Below are positions 40,515 through 49,858 of a stretch of DNA of 64,000 bases, piece by piece. The stretch is taken from positions 64,121-128,120 of the forward strand of contig JBNLBF010000008.1 in the NCBI GenBank assembly GCA_050302475.1, written 5' to 3'. How positions within the stretch are numbered: position 1 is the stretch's first letter; each line of letters begins with the position of its first letter. The DNA is from Paracoccaceae bacterium (GTDB lineage: Bacteria; Pseudomonadota; Alphaproteobacteria; Rhodobacterales; Rhodobacteraceae). Under the pieces are notes generated by a model, which was not told where the DNA came from, searched no databases, and worked only from the letters and a program-made list of their open reading frames with translations. Position numbers and translations under genes: made by a program.

Positions 40515-41132
40515 ATGGTTTATCACATAGCTGGTAGCAACAGCGATGACAGTGTCCCCCTGAAACATGAGGAAATCCTGAATCCCATTGACGGAGACGT
40601 ATCAAAGATCACGGTGATCGACACGTCGAGAGATGGCGGCAGGATCGCTAGTTTTTCTACGGGGTATAGTGGCCGGGCGATTGATCCCACGCATATGCCA
40701 ACCAGAATGCGCCGCAAAGGGAACACGGGATTACCGTTGCATAAAGTGCACGAAATCTGGGGAGGTGGATTGCTCGTCAGCGATACATTTCGAAATATTG
40801 TCGAACGCTTTGAACCGGATGTGCACCAGTTCTTTCCCATCGCGATCGAACTACGCGGCAAAGTCATTTTCGAACGGTTCTATTTCCACATATGCAACAG
40901 ATTGGATACGCTGGCGAAAGACAAATGTGTACCGCCGGTTGAAGTGGGTAAATTATATATGCCTGCGTATGACGGGAATGATAAGGTGATATTTGATACT
41001 GCTGCGATTGGTGGTCATCATTTTTGGAACGACAAGTTTAGTCTCGGAAGATATGTGAGCAACCAAGCGTTTTCTGCATTGAAAGATGCAAATCTGACCG
41101 GTCTTGGTTACGAGTTTTACGAGCAGACGTAG
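40515..41132 (+). CDS. hypothetical protein (low GC; possibly immunity-protein-like)
   Basis: 205 aa, clearly AT-richer than flanks. No catalytic motif. Architecture (GGGLLVSDTFRNIVERFEP..FFPIAIE...) reminiscent of some polymorphic-toxin immunity families but unverified. Confidence 0.4.
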   Translation: MVYHIAGSNSDDSVPLKHEEILNPIDGDVSKITVIDTSRDGGRIASFSTGYSGRAIDPTHMPTRMRRKGNTGLPLHKVHEIWGGGLLVSDTFRNIVERFEPDVHQFFPIAIELRGKVIFERFYFHICNRLDTLAKDKCVPPVEVGKLYMPAYDGNDKVIFDTAAIGGHHFWNDKFSLGRYVSNQAFSALKDANLTGLGYEFYEQT

Positions 41133-41198
41133 ATGATGGGGAAACTCCGTGCAAGCGCGGGGATGGCGGCAAAGCAGTAGTTGACATAAAGGAATGGT

Positions 41199-41840
41199 AT
41201 GAAATTCACAGTCGCCATTGACGGACCGGCAGCCGCTGGCAAAGGGACGATCAGCAAGGCCGTGGCGGATCATTTTGGGTTTGCCCATCTGGATAGCGGG
41301 TTGTTGTATCGCGCGGTCGGGAAAAAGACGCTTGATCTGGGGCGAGGGGTGATTGATCCGGTCGCGGCCGAGGAAATCGCCAAGCGGCTGACGCCCGACG
41401 ACCTGCTCCGCGATGATCTGCGCAGTGGGATGGCGGCACGCGCGGCGTCCAAGGTGGCGGTATTGCCAAAGGTGCGGGAGGCGTTGCTGACTTTCCAGCG
41501 GGACTTTGCCAGCCGCGAAGGTGGCGCCGTTCTGGATGGGCGCGACATTGGCACTGTGATCTGCCCGGATGCGGATGTGAAACTGTTTATTACTGCATCG
41601 GCGGAGGTGCGTGCTGAACGGCGCTTTGCCGAATTGAAATCCGGCAATCCCGATCTGACGCTTGGCGCCGTGCTGAGCGACATTGAAGCCCGGGACAAAC
41701 GCGACGCGGAACGGGATGCCTCGCCCATGAAGGCGGCAGACGATGCGGTCTTGCTAGATACGTCGGAATTGTCTATAGACGCCGCTGTCGCCGAGGCGGT
41801 GGCCATAATTAATAAACGAATCGAGCAGGGCCGGGACTAA
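41199..41840 (+). CDS. cmk: cytidylate kinase
   Basis: 213 aa. P-loop [19 protein letters not shown]. Confidence 0.93.
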   Translation: MKFTVAIDGPAAAGKGTISKAVADHFGFAHLDSGLLYRAVGKKTLDLGRGVIDPVAAEEIAKRLTPDDLLRDDLRSGMAARAASKVAVLPKVREALLTFQRDFASREGGAVLDGRDIGTVICPDADVKLFITASAEVRAERRFAELKSGNPDLTLGAVLSDIEARDKRDAERDASPMKAADDAVLLDTSELSIDAAVAEAVAIINKRIEQGRD

Positions 41841-41863
41841 CACCGGCCTTCGTTTGTTTTTTT
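41829..41863 (+). terminator. intrinsic terminator overlapping cmk stop
   Basis: GGCCGGgactaacaCCGGCC followed by TTCGTTTGTTTTTTT. Confidence 0.6.
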
Positions 41864-41944
41864 ACAACGCCTCTGACCCGTTAACCCAAAGACCGGCGGA
41901 ACCAACCGCACGGCCCGTAAAAAACGAAAACTGGAGAACGTTAT

Positions 41945-43630
41945 ATGAGCGCTTCCGTATCTATGGAAGAATTCGAAAGCCTTCTGAATGAAAGCTTCGA
42001 ACTGGAAACCCCCGAAGAAGGTTCCGTTGTTAAAGGCACTGTCATCGCGATTGAAGCGGGACAAGCCATCATCGATATCGGCTACAAAATGGAAGGCCGT
42101 GTCGACCTCAAAGAATTTGCTATGCCCGGGAAACCGGCCGAGATTGCCGTCGGTGATACCGTCGAAGTTTACCTCGACCGTGTTGAAAATGCCCGTGGCG
42201 AGGCCGCGCTGAGCCGCGAAAAAGCCCGCCGCGAAGAAGCCTGGGATCGTCTGGAAAAAGCCACTGAAGCCGAAGAAACCGTCGAAGGTGTTATCTTTGG
42301 CCGCGTCAAAGGCGGCTTCACGGTTGACCTTGGCGGCGCTGTCGCGTTCCTGCCGGGTAGCCAGGTTGACGTGCGCCCGGTGCGTGACGCATCCGCGCTG
42401 ATGAATATCTCGCAGCCGTTCCAGATCCTGAAAATGGACCGTCGTCGTGGCAACATCGTTGTGTCCCGCCGCGCCATCCTTGAAGAGAGCCGCGCCGAAC
42501 AGCGCGCCGAGATTATCGGCAAGCTGTCCGAAGGCGATGTGGTCAAAGGTGTGGTCAAGAACATCACCGATTACGGTGCGTTCGTTGATCTGGGCGGTGT
42601 TGACGGCCTGCTCCATGTTACCGACATGGCATGGCGCCGCGTGAACCACCCGTCCGAGATCCTCGAGATCGGCGGACAGGTTGAGGTTCAGGTCATCAAG
42701 ATCAACCCGGAAACCCAGCGTATCAGCCTCGGCATGAAACAGCTGGAAGCCGATCCGTGGTCAGAAGTCGAAGGGCGCTTCCCGCTCGGCTCCGTCCACA
42801 AAGGCCGCGTGACCAACATCACCGACTACGGCGCATTTGTTGAGCTGGACGCCGGTGTCGAAGGTCTGGTCCACGTGTCCGAAATGTCCTGGACGAAGAA
42901 AAACGTCCACCCGGGCAAAATCGTCTCCACGTCTCAGGAAGTTGACGTCATGGTTCTGGAAATCGACGGTGAACGCCGCCGCGTTTCGCTGGGTCTGAAA
43001 CAGACTCAGGGCAACCCGTGGGAGAACTTCGCAGCCAAATTCCCGACAGGGACTGAGGTTGAAGGCGAGATCAAGAACATCACCGAGTTCGGTCTGTTTA
43101 TTGGTCTGGATGGCGACATTGACGGTATGGTTCACCTGTCCGATCTGGATTGGGACCGCTCAGGCGACGACGCGATTCAGGACTATCAGAAAGGCGACGT
43201 TGTCAAAGCGGTTGTCACCGACGTTGACGTTGAAAAAGAGCGTATCTCGCTCTCGATCAAGGCGCTCGACGGTGATCCGTTCGCTGAAGCCACTGACGGC
43301 ATCAAACGTGGTGCAGTTGTGACAGTTGAAGTCACAGCCATCGAAGATGGCGGCATCGAGGTTGAGCATGACGGCATGAAAGCCTTCATCCGTCGGTCTG
43401 ACCTGGCCCGTGACCGTGCTGATCAGCGCCCCGAGCGGTTCAATGTCGGCGACAAGGTAGACGCGCGCGTCACCAATATCGACCGTGCAAACCGCCGTCT
43501 GGGCCTGTCGATCAAAGCCCGCGAAATCGCAGAAGAGAAGGAAGCCGTGGAACAATATGGTTCCTCCGATTCCGGTGCATCCTTGGGCGATATTCTTGGT
43601 GCGGCGCTGAAAGGCGACGACGAAAAATAA
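41945..43630 (+). CDS. rpsA: 30S ribosomal protein S1
   Basis: 561 aa, six S1 repeats. Conserved aroA-cmk-rpsA-ihfB order. Confidence 0.97.
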   Translation: MSASVSMEEFESLLNESFELETPEEGSVVKGTVIAIEAGQAIIDIGYKMEGRVDLKEFAMPGKPAEIAVGDTVEVYLDRVENARGEAALSREKARREEAWDRLEKATEAEETVEGVIFGRVKGGFTVDLGGAVAFLPGSQVDVRPVRDASALMNISQPFQILKMDRRRGNIVVSRRAILEESRAEQRAEIIGKLSEGDVVKGVVKNITDYGAFVDLGGVDGLLHVTDMAWRRVNHPSEILEIGGQVEVQVIKINPETQRISLGMKQLEADPWSEVEGRFPLGSVHKGRVTNITDYGAFVELDAGVEGLVHVSEMSWTKKNVHPGKIVSTSQEVDVMVLEIDGERRRVSLGLKQTQGNPWENFAAKFPTGTEVEGEIKNITEFGLFIGLDGDIDGMVHLSDLDWDRSGDDAIQDYQKGDVVKAVVTDVDVEKERISLSIKALDGDPFAEATDGIKRGAVVTVEVTAIEDGGIEVEHDGMKAFIRRSDLARDRADQRPERFNVGDKVDARVTNIDRANRRLGLSIKAREIAEEKEAVEQYGSSDSGASLGDILGAALKGDDEK

Positions 43631-43651
43631 GCCGATCGGCTGTTGAAAAAC

Positions 43652-43685
43652 GAAACGGCGCCCGATGTGGCGCCGTTTTTTTATT
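43652..43685 (+). terminator. intrinsic terminator after rpsA
   Basis: AACGGCGCCcgatgtGGCGCCGTTTTTTTATT. Confidence 0.8.
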
Positions 43686-44071
43686 CGATGCAGACGTGAT
43701 CCGTGACGCAACCACAGGCTCTGGTTCGGGGTCGAAAGCGCCTGAAACTATCGGTCCTCCGTCGATAGTCACGCCTTGGCGCCTTGGTGTACTGAGCGCA
43801 CACCCGCTGCGGAATCCCGTCGAATCACCGCTATAGAAACAATTGGAATCCCGCCGGATTCCGCATGGCTTCCCCCGAACTCACTGGTAATTCACGATAT
43901 TTCGGCGTGAATCTGCTGAGATTCATGGTGTTTCTGCCCTGTTCTCATGACTCTGACCCTACGGCTCTATTCCCTCAAAAGGTATTTCCTGTCAGAATGA
44001 TACATCGTGAATGGTAACGTAATCAGTCAAGCAAGGTTGCCACAGAGCAACAGTTCGGGAGGACGGATCGC

Positions 44072-44353
44072 ATGATTAAGTCAGAACTGGTCCAGAAGAT
44101 TGCAGACGAGAACCCGCATCTGTATCAACGGGATGTGGAACGTATCGTCGGCACCATCTTTGACGAGATCATCGAAGCCATGGCCAATGGCAACCGGGTC
44201 GAGTTGCGTGGTTTTGGCGCCTTTTCGGTGAAAAAACGAGAAGCCCGCACGGGTCGCAATCCGCGTACCGGTGAATCCGTTCATGTCGAAGAGAAATACG
44301 TGCCCTTTTTCAAGACTGGCAAGTTGCTCCGCGACCGCCTAAATGGGAAATAG
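44072..44353 (+). CDS. ihfB: integration host factor subunit beta
   Basis: 93 aa. HU/IHF fold with [10 protein letters not shown] arm. Confidence 0.93.
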   Translation: MIKSELVQKIADENPHLYQRDVERIVGTIFDEIIEAMANGNRVELRGFGAFSVKKREARTGRNPRTGESVHVEEKYVPFFKTGKLLRDRLNGK

Positions 44354-44377
44354 GCGCTCCTACTGACGGACATTTCC

Positions 44378-44722
44378 ATGCGGTTCATTCGCTATAGCTT
44401 TTACGCCCTGCTGATGCTGGTGCTGGTTGTGTTGGCATTGGCCAACCGTCAGACGGTGACGCTGGGCCTTCTGCCGGAACAACTGGCCGATGTCTTCCCC
44501 GTGTCGATTGATCTGCCGCTATTTGTTGTCATCATGCTGGCAGCCCTTGCCGGGCTGGTGGTCGGTGAGGTTCTGGAGTTTTTCCGCGAGCATAAGGTTC
44601 GCAAAGAAGCCGCGGAAAAACGTCGTGAAGTTGCGCAGCTTAATCAGGAAGTTAAAGCGCTGAAAAAAGAAGCGGGGAGAGAGGATGACGACGTCCTCGC
44701 ACTGATCAATGACTCTCAGTAA
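44378..44722 (+). CDS. LapA-domain (DUF1049) inner-membrane protein
   Basis: 114 aa, two N-terminal TM helices then charged coiled region. Follows ihfB as lapA does. Confidence 0.65.
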   Translation: MRFIRYSFYALLMLVLVVLALANRQTVTLGLLPEQLADVFPVSIDLPLFVVIMLAALAGLVVGEVLEFFREHKVRKEAAEKRREVAQLNQEVKALKKEAGREDDDVLALINDSQ

Positions 44723-45338
44723 AATTTGCGGGCTGACCCGGGCCGAAGATGTCGTTGCGGCGGTGGAGGCCGGGGCAAACTATATCGGGCTCAATTTTTT
44801 TCCACGTTCACCACGCTATGTCACGACGGAACAAGCGATTGCCCTGACCGAGGAAATCCCACCTGGTGTCTGCAAGGTTGGCTTGGTTGTCGATGCCGAT
44901 GACATTACCCTGACGGAGCTGATGCAGGTGCCGCTGGATATGCTGCAATTGCATGGATCCGAAACGCCTGAACGGGTGACTGAAATCAAGGAAAAATTTG
45001 GACTGCCGGTGATGAAGGTGGTGGGGATTGCGGATGCGGATGATGTGGCGAAGCTGGATCAGTATGGTGCGGTCGCCGATCAGCTGATGGTTGATGCCAA
45101 ACCACCCCGGACCGGCGGATTGCCGGGTGGCAATGGCCTGACTTTTGATTGGCGTTTGATCGCGAACCGCCGCTGGCCCGTGCCGTGGATGCTGGCAGGC
45201 GGCCTGACCCCGGACAATGTGGCCGAGGCGATTGCACTGACCGGTGTGAAGCAGGTCGATGTGGCATCGGGCGTCGAAAGTGCGCCGGGGGTAAAGGACC
45301 CCGATCTGGTTCGCGCTTTTATCGCAGCGGCACAATGA
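44709..45338 (+). CDS. trpF: phosphoribosylanthranilate isomerase
   Basis: 209 aa TIM barrel. KICGLT...[14 protein letters not shown]. Confidence 0.92.
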   Translation: MTLSKICGLTRAEDVVAAVEAGANYIGLNFFPRSPRYVTTEQAIALTEEIPPGVCKVGLVVDADDITLTELMQVPLDMLQLHGSETPERVTEIKEKFGLPVMKVVGIADADDVAKLDQYGAVADQLMVDAKPPRTGGLPGGNGLTFDWRLIANRRWPVPWMLAGGLTPDNVAEAIALTGVKQVDVASGVESAPGVKDPDLVRAFIAAAQ

Positions 45339-45787
45339 CCCTGACATTCCGATTTGCCGAGCCTGAGGATATCCCCGCAATCCTCGCGCTTCTTTCCGAT
45401 GACGATCTAGGTAGCGGGCGAGAGGTCGCGGATATGGCTGTCTATGCGCGCGCTTTCGACGAGATCAGGGCGCAGGACGGTAATGATCTGATCGTTGGCG
45501 TGGACGCTGAGGGCGCTGTGCAGGCGACCTATCAGCTGACCATCATGGCCGGGTTCTCGTTAGCCGGGGCACGACGGGCGCAGGTGGAAAATGTCCGTGT
45601 TGCCCGACAGCTGCGCGGCAAAGGCTATGGCCGATTGATGTTTCAGGACGCTGAAATCCGTGCCCGTGCTGCCGGGGCAGCGCTGATCCAGCTGGATATG
45701 AACAAAACCCGCACGGACAGCCACCGCTTTTATGAAGCCATCGGCTTTACGCCGTCGCACATTGGCTTTAAACGCTATCTGGATTGA
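45335..45787 (+). CDS. GNAT family N-acetyltransferase inserted between trpF and trpB
   Basis: 150 aa from ATG 45335 (ATGA overlap with trpF stop). [12 protein letters not shown] acetyl-CoA motif. Confidence 0.7.
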   Translation: MTLTFRFAEPEDIPAILALLSDDDLGSGREVADMAVYARAFDEIRAQDGNDLIVGVDAEGAVQATYQLTIMAGFSLAGARRAQVENVRVARQLRGKGYGRLMFQDAEIRARAAGAALIQLDMNKTRTDSHRFYEAIGFTPSHIGFKRYLD

Positions 45788-45798
45788 CGGAGGGCACC

Positions 45799-47019
45799 AT
45801 GGCCGAAGATTTCCTGAACAGCTTTATGACCGGACCGGATGAAAACGGACGTTTCGGCAATTACGGGGGCCGCTTTGTGGCGGAAACCCTGATGCCGCTG
45901 ATCCTCGATCTGGAAGCGGAATATGAAAAGGCGAAAACCGACCCGGACTTCTGGGCTGAGATGGATTTCCTCTGGAAGCATTATGTGGGTCGTCCCTCGC
46001 CGCTCTATTTCGCGGAACGCCTGACGGATCATTTCGGTGGGGCGAAAATTTACCTGAAACGCGACGAGCTGAACCACACCGGCGCGCACAAGATCAACAA
46101 TGTGCTGGGGCAGATCCTGCTGGCGCGGCGCATGGGTAAGACGCGGATCATCGCGGAAACCGGCGCGGGTCAGCATGGAGTTGCAACGGCGACCGTATGC
46201 GCGCGCTTTGGGTTGAAATGCGTGGTGTTCATGGGGGCAACCGATGTTGAACGTCAGGCTCCGAACGTGTTCCGCATGAAGCTGCTGGGCGCGGATATCG
46301 TGCCGGTGACAGCAGGTCGCGGCACGCTGAAAGACGCGATGAACGAAGCCCTGCGCGATTGGGTGACCAACGTTGACGAGACATTCTATTGCATCGGCAC
46401 AGTGGCCGGTCCGCACCCTTATCCCGCAATGGTTCGTGATTTCCAGTCGATCATCGGCAAGGAAACCAAAGAACAGATGATGGAACAAGAAGGGCGTTTG
46501 CCTGACTCATTGGTCGCCTGTATCGGCGGGGGATCAAACGCGATGGGTCTGTTCCATCCGTTCCTTGACGACAAGGACGTGCGCATCATCGGGGTCGAGG
46601 CTGGTGGCCATGGCGTTGACGAAAAGATGGAACATGCAGCAAGCCTGACAGGCGGTCGCCCCGGCGTGTTGCATGGCAACCGGACATATCTGTTGCAGGA
46701 CGAAGACGGGCAGATCCTCGAAGGGCATTCAATTTCGGCGGGTCTGGATTACCCCGGTATCGGGCCGGAACACGCATGGCTGAACGATATTGGCCGCGTG
46801 GAATACGTGTCGGTGACGGACAAAGAGGCGCTGACGGCGTTTCAACTGTCCTGCAGTACCGAAGGCATCATCCCGGCCCTAGAGCCCAGCCACGCGCTGG
46901 CACATGTGACCAAGATCGCGCCTGACCTGCCGAAGGATCATTTGCTGGTCATGAATATGTGTGGCCGCGGCGACAAGGATATCTTTACGGTTGCGGACGC
47001 GCTGGGCGTGAAGATGTAA
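45799..47019 (+). CDS. trpB: tryptophan synthase beta chain
   Basis: PLP enzyme ([17 protein letters not shown]). Start ATG 45799 after GGAGGG SD. ORF track extends to TTG 45784. Confidence 0.95.
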   Translation: MAEDFLNSFMTGPDENGRFGNYGGRFVAETLMPLILDLEAEYEKAKTDPDFWAEMDFLWKHYVGRPSPLYFAERLTDHFGGAKIYLKRDELNHTGAHKINNVLGQILLARRMGKTRIIAETGAGQHGVATATVCARFGLKCVVFMGATDVERQAPNVFRMKLLGADIVPVTAGRGTLKDAMNEALRDWVTNVDETFYCIGTVAGPHPYPAMVRDFQSIIGKETKEQMMEQEGRLPDSLVACIGGGSNAMGLFHPFLDDKDVRIIGVEAGGHGVDEKMEHAASLTGGRPGVLHGNRTYLLQDEDGQILEGHSISAGLDYPGIGPEHAWLNDIGRVEYVSVTDKEALTAFQLSCSTEGIIPALEPSHALAHVTKIAPDLPKDHLLVMNMCGRGDKDIFTVADALGVKM

Positions 47020-47218
47020 TCGCCTGTGGCGATATTGCCACAGTGCGTTGCGACATTGTAACGGTCACAATTTGCCCGGTTGATCGGAATCAGCCCTGCG
47101 GCTTATAGCCCGCCTCCCGTTCACAACGGACCGCATCTTAGCGGGTGGAGTTGCAACTCCTCCGGCGCAGGTGGCTTTGCCTCTCTGTGTGCCAAGAGCG
47201 TAAAGTTTGGATGGTTCT

Positions 47219-47290
47219 GGAGGTGTAGCTGACGGTGCGATCAGCGTGGCCATCACGCTGTTGCCGGTTCGAATCCGGTCATCTTCGCCA
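47219..47290 (+). other. 72-nt tRNA-like element ending in CCA (non-canonical fold, likely pseudo-tRNA)
   Basis: Canonical T-arm GCCGGTTCGAATCCGGT. 7-bp acceptor pairing GGAGGTG/CATCTTC with discriminator G and CCA. But no canonical D/anticodon arms can be drawn. Confidence 0.35.
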
Positions 47291-47360
47291 TGAGTAGCTC
47301 ATTAGGTAGAGCAACAGACTTCTAATCTGTGGGTAGCGGGTTCGACTCCCGCCTCAACTG
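47288..47360 (+). tRNA. tRNA-Arg(TCT)-like gene with defective 5' acceptor strand (possible truncated or pseudo-tRNA)
   Basis: Perfect D-arm GCTCATTAGGTAGAGC. Anticodon stem-loop ACAGA-CTTCTAA-TCTGT (anticodon TCT at 47321-47323). T-arm GCGGGTTCGACTCCCGC. Acceptor 3' strand CTCAACT. Nucleotides 1-3 (CCA) cannot pair with 70-72. Confidence 0.4.
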
Positions 47361-47376
47361 GTACGCGGTAACGCAC

Positions 47377-47401
47377 GCAGGTTCGACTCCTGCATAACGC
47401 C
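47377..47401 (+). other. third tandem tRNA 3'-fragment-like motif (T-arm plus 7-nt acceptor-like tail)
   Basis: GCAGGTTCGACTCCTGC-ATAACGC-C. No matching 5' half found. Confidence 0.3.
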
Positions 47402-47726
47402 GAAAGGCACCACGTTTAGGTCGTGTTAACGAACTAATCCAGGGGCGTCGGGGCTGGCCTGTGAGGTTGGTCCGCCGCCAGACCCCGCGAGGGGAAAGGC
47501 GAACGTCCGGCACCACCCTGGCCAAAGGCCGGTGGGTGATGATGATGGAGGCCCGCGCGGGCCGGGTGACGGGGGTTTCGATCCCCTGATCCCCACTCGC
47601 GCGGCCCAACATCCGCTCTCGCTCCCCCGTCTGCGGTCCGGTCAGCCGGTCCCGACATCCTTTCAACCGCCCCTCGGGGCACAACCAAGGAGAATGACGC
47701 AGATGCGTTAGGAAAAAGAAGAGGAA

Positions 47727-48869
47727 GTGACGATGATGAAAATGATTGAAAATATATTGGGATTCCACCGGATCACGGTCGAAGAAAACCAGCGAGCGAT
47801 TGTCCTGTACAAAGGGCGGTTCGCGGGTATCTTGGGACCGGGTGAGCACCGTCTGCGCACAAAAGACACGCGGACCGAGCTGCACGACCTGAACACACCG
47901 GAGATCGTCACACCCCTTCTGCAGGCCTTGTTCCGCGAACGCCCGGATATTGTTGCCGAGCATTTCGTCGAATTCGCGGCAGATACGGATCAGGTGCTGA
48001 TCGTTGCACGTGACGGGCGGCTGAACCGCGTTCTGCGCCCGGAAAACCGGGTTGTCGTCTGGCAGGCGGCGGGTCCGTGGACGGTCGAAACACTCGACCT
48101 GACCGAGGGGCTGGAGATCACGCCGCAACTGGCCGAACGGTTGGTTCGCGCAGGGATCACCACCAGCATGACCACGCTGGAGGTTCCGGATGCTCATGTC
48201 GGGCTGATGACGGTTGACGGTGCAATGGATCGGCAGCTGGCACCCGGGACGCACCGGTTCTGGAATGTCGGGCGCAAACTGGCGGTTCGGCTGATCGACA
48301 CGCGCTGGCGGACGCACGATGTTGTTGGGCAGGATATCCTGACCGCGGATCGTGTCACGCTGCGGGTCAATCTGGCGGCGGACTTTCGGGTCACCGATCC
48401 GGGTCAGGCGGCAGGTGCGGTGAAAGACTTCGAAGAAGCGCTTCACCGGGCCTTGCAGTTCGCGTTCCGTAAAACGCTGGGCGCGAAAACGCTGGACCAG
48501 TTGCTGGGTGAGAAAGTCACCGTCGACGCTGAGGTCGCGGATCAGGTCCGTACGGACATGGCCGCCATCGGGGTCGAGGTCGGGGCCATCGCGTTGAAAG
48601 ACGTGATCCTGCCGGGTGATATGCGAGAGATCCTGAACAGCGTCGTTCAGGCGGAGAAAGAGGCCGAAGCCAACGTCATCCGAAGACGCGAGGAAACGAA
48701 CGCCACCCGCAGCCTGCTCAACACCGCCAAAGTCATGGCCGAAAACCCGGTCATGCTGCGGCTGAAAGAGCTGGAGGCGCTGGAAGCCATCGCCGGGAAA
48801 GTCGAACGGCTGACGGTCCACAGCGGGACGGACGGATTGATGAACGATCTGGTCCGGCTTCGCGATTAA
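47727..48869 (+). CDS. SPFH/band-7 (slipin/stomatin-like) domain protein
   Basis: 380 aa. N-terminal band-7 start (AIVLYKGRF..GPGEHRL), C-terminal coiled region. Several alternative ATGs at 47727-47742. Confidence 0.75.
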   Translation: MTMMKMIENILGFHRITVEENQRAIVLYKGRFAGILGPGEHRLRTKDTRTELHDLNTPEIVTPLLQALFRERPDIVAEHFVEFAADTDQVLIVARDGRLNRVLRPENRVVVWQAAGPWTVETLDLTEGLEITPQLAERLVRAGITTSMTTLEVPDAHVGLMTVDGAMDRQLAPGTHRFWNVGRKLAVRLIDTRWRTHDVVGQDILTADRVTLRVNLAADFRVTDPGQAAGAVKDFEEALHRALQFAFRKTLGAKTLDQLLGEKVTVDAEVADQVRTDMAAIGVEVGAIALKDVILPGDMREILNSVVQAEKEAEANVIRRREETNATRSLLNTAKVMAENPVMLRLKELEALEAIAGKVERLTVHSGTDGLMNDLVRLRD

Positions 48870-48870
48870 G

Positions 48871-48908
48871 AAAGACCCGCGCGGGAAACTGCGCGGGTTA
48901 TTTTTTGG
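48871..48908 (+). terminator. intrinsic terminator with GNRA tetraloop, copy 1 of 3 identical
   Basis: aaagaCCCGCGCGG-GAAA-CTGCGCGGGTTATTTTTTGG. Confidence 0.8.
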
Positions 48909-49050
48909 ACATGTGTGCCTTCTCACGCACACGTCGCAAATTGCGTCTTTCATAGCACAAAAATAGCCAAATTTCTGGGATTTGCATTTGCAAGTTGAGC
49001 AATAAAGCAATTTTCGTTACCTTGCGTCATCTTTTGACTAGGAGGGGATC

Positions 49051-49677
49051 ATGTCACTAGCGAAGAAAATCGGGGCTGTTGCGGTCATCGCACTAGGTCT
49101 GGCAACAGCAACAACAGGTTCGGCGCAGACCAGCTACTATTTCGGTGGCGGTCTGGTTTACAGCATGGCGTCATCCACTTTCTCTGTAACCGCACCCAAC
49201 GAAGGTGATCTTTATGGCCTTGGTCTGACATATGGCATGAGGGTTGACTCCGGCAGCTACTTCTATGGCGGCGAAGTTGATGCGGATATTAATGTTGGCG
49301 GCGAACTGAGACTTCTTGGAACTGGACCGGCCTGCAGCGAAGGTTTTGCAAGCAACGCATATTATTGTTCGCAAACAGCGACCATGCGCTTGCGCGGGAT
49401 CTTTGGCACCAATATGGGTGGCTTTGACGTCTTTGGCAGTCTCGGCTACGGAATTATCTACGGTGAAGGTGCGATTGGTCCCTCTGGAGTCTCTGCGACT
49501 GCTGTTTCTGGAGGATTTACGTACGGCATTGGTGCCCAGATGCCGATGGCTGGCGGGACAATGCGTTTCGAGATCATTCAGGATGAGTTTACGCAGAGCA
49601 TCAGTCAGGCCTGCTGCGATAGTGCACCGGAATGGTCCGCGACATCGGCAAAAGTCAGTTATCTCTGGACCTTTTGA
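49051..49677 (+). CDS. small outer-membrane beta-barrel protein (OmpA-like/OMP_b-brl), paralog 1
   Basis: 208 aa. Signal peptide ...TGSAQTSYY, Gly/Tyr-rich amphipathic strands, C-terminal ...YLWTF. Confidence 0.75.
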   Translation: MSLAKKIGAVAVIALGLATATTGSAQTSYYFGGGLVYSMASSTFSVTAPNEGDLYGLGLTYGMRVDSGSYFYGGEVDADINVGGELRLLGTGPACSEGFASNAYYCSQTATMRLRGIFGTNMGGFDVFGSLGYGIIYGEGAIGPSGVSATAVSGGFTYGIGAQMPMAGGTMRFEIIQDEFTQSISQACCDSAPEWSATSAKVSYLWTF

Positions 49678-49698
49678 TCCTTGTAAATTGATGGAATG

Positions 49699-49730
49699 CC
49701 CGCGCGGGAAACTGCGCGGGTTATTTTTTG
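49699..49730 (+). terminator. intrinsic terminator, copy 2 of 3 identical
   Basis: CCCGCGCGG-GAAA-CTGCGCGGGTTATTTTTTG. Confidence 0.8.
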
Positions 49731-49858
49731 ACGAAAGTGAACCTTGCCACATACAAATGAAATATTGTGGCTTTTCTTCCACAAGGATGAAGCAAAATTT
49801 CCTAACCTATGGTTGCAGATTGAGTGGTTGCTGAATCTGGAGTAACCATACGTCATCT

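Noticed and set aside
47219-47700. Possible tmRNA (ssrA), including a permuted two-piece form
   Set aside because: The tRNA-like T-arms, a GGGGCTG at 47449 and a GACGGGGGTTTCGATCCCC T-arm-like motif at 47563 made me consider ssrA. But the acceptor 3' strands are not tRNA-Ala-like, and no tag reading frame (ANDN.../...LAA-stop) exists on either strand. Spacing is far too short for a one-piece tmRNA.
47322-49010. 562-aa ORF on the minus strand
   Set aside because: It lies antisense to the SPFH/band-7 gene, and runs across the tRNA-like cluster and the intergenic terminator. The translation has no motifs and is rich in Arg/Pro/Cys, typical of antisense frames in GC-rich DNA.
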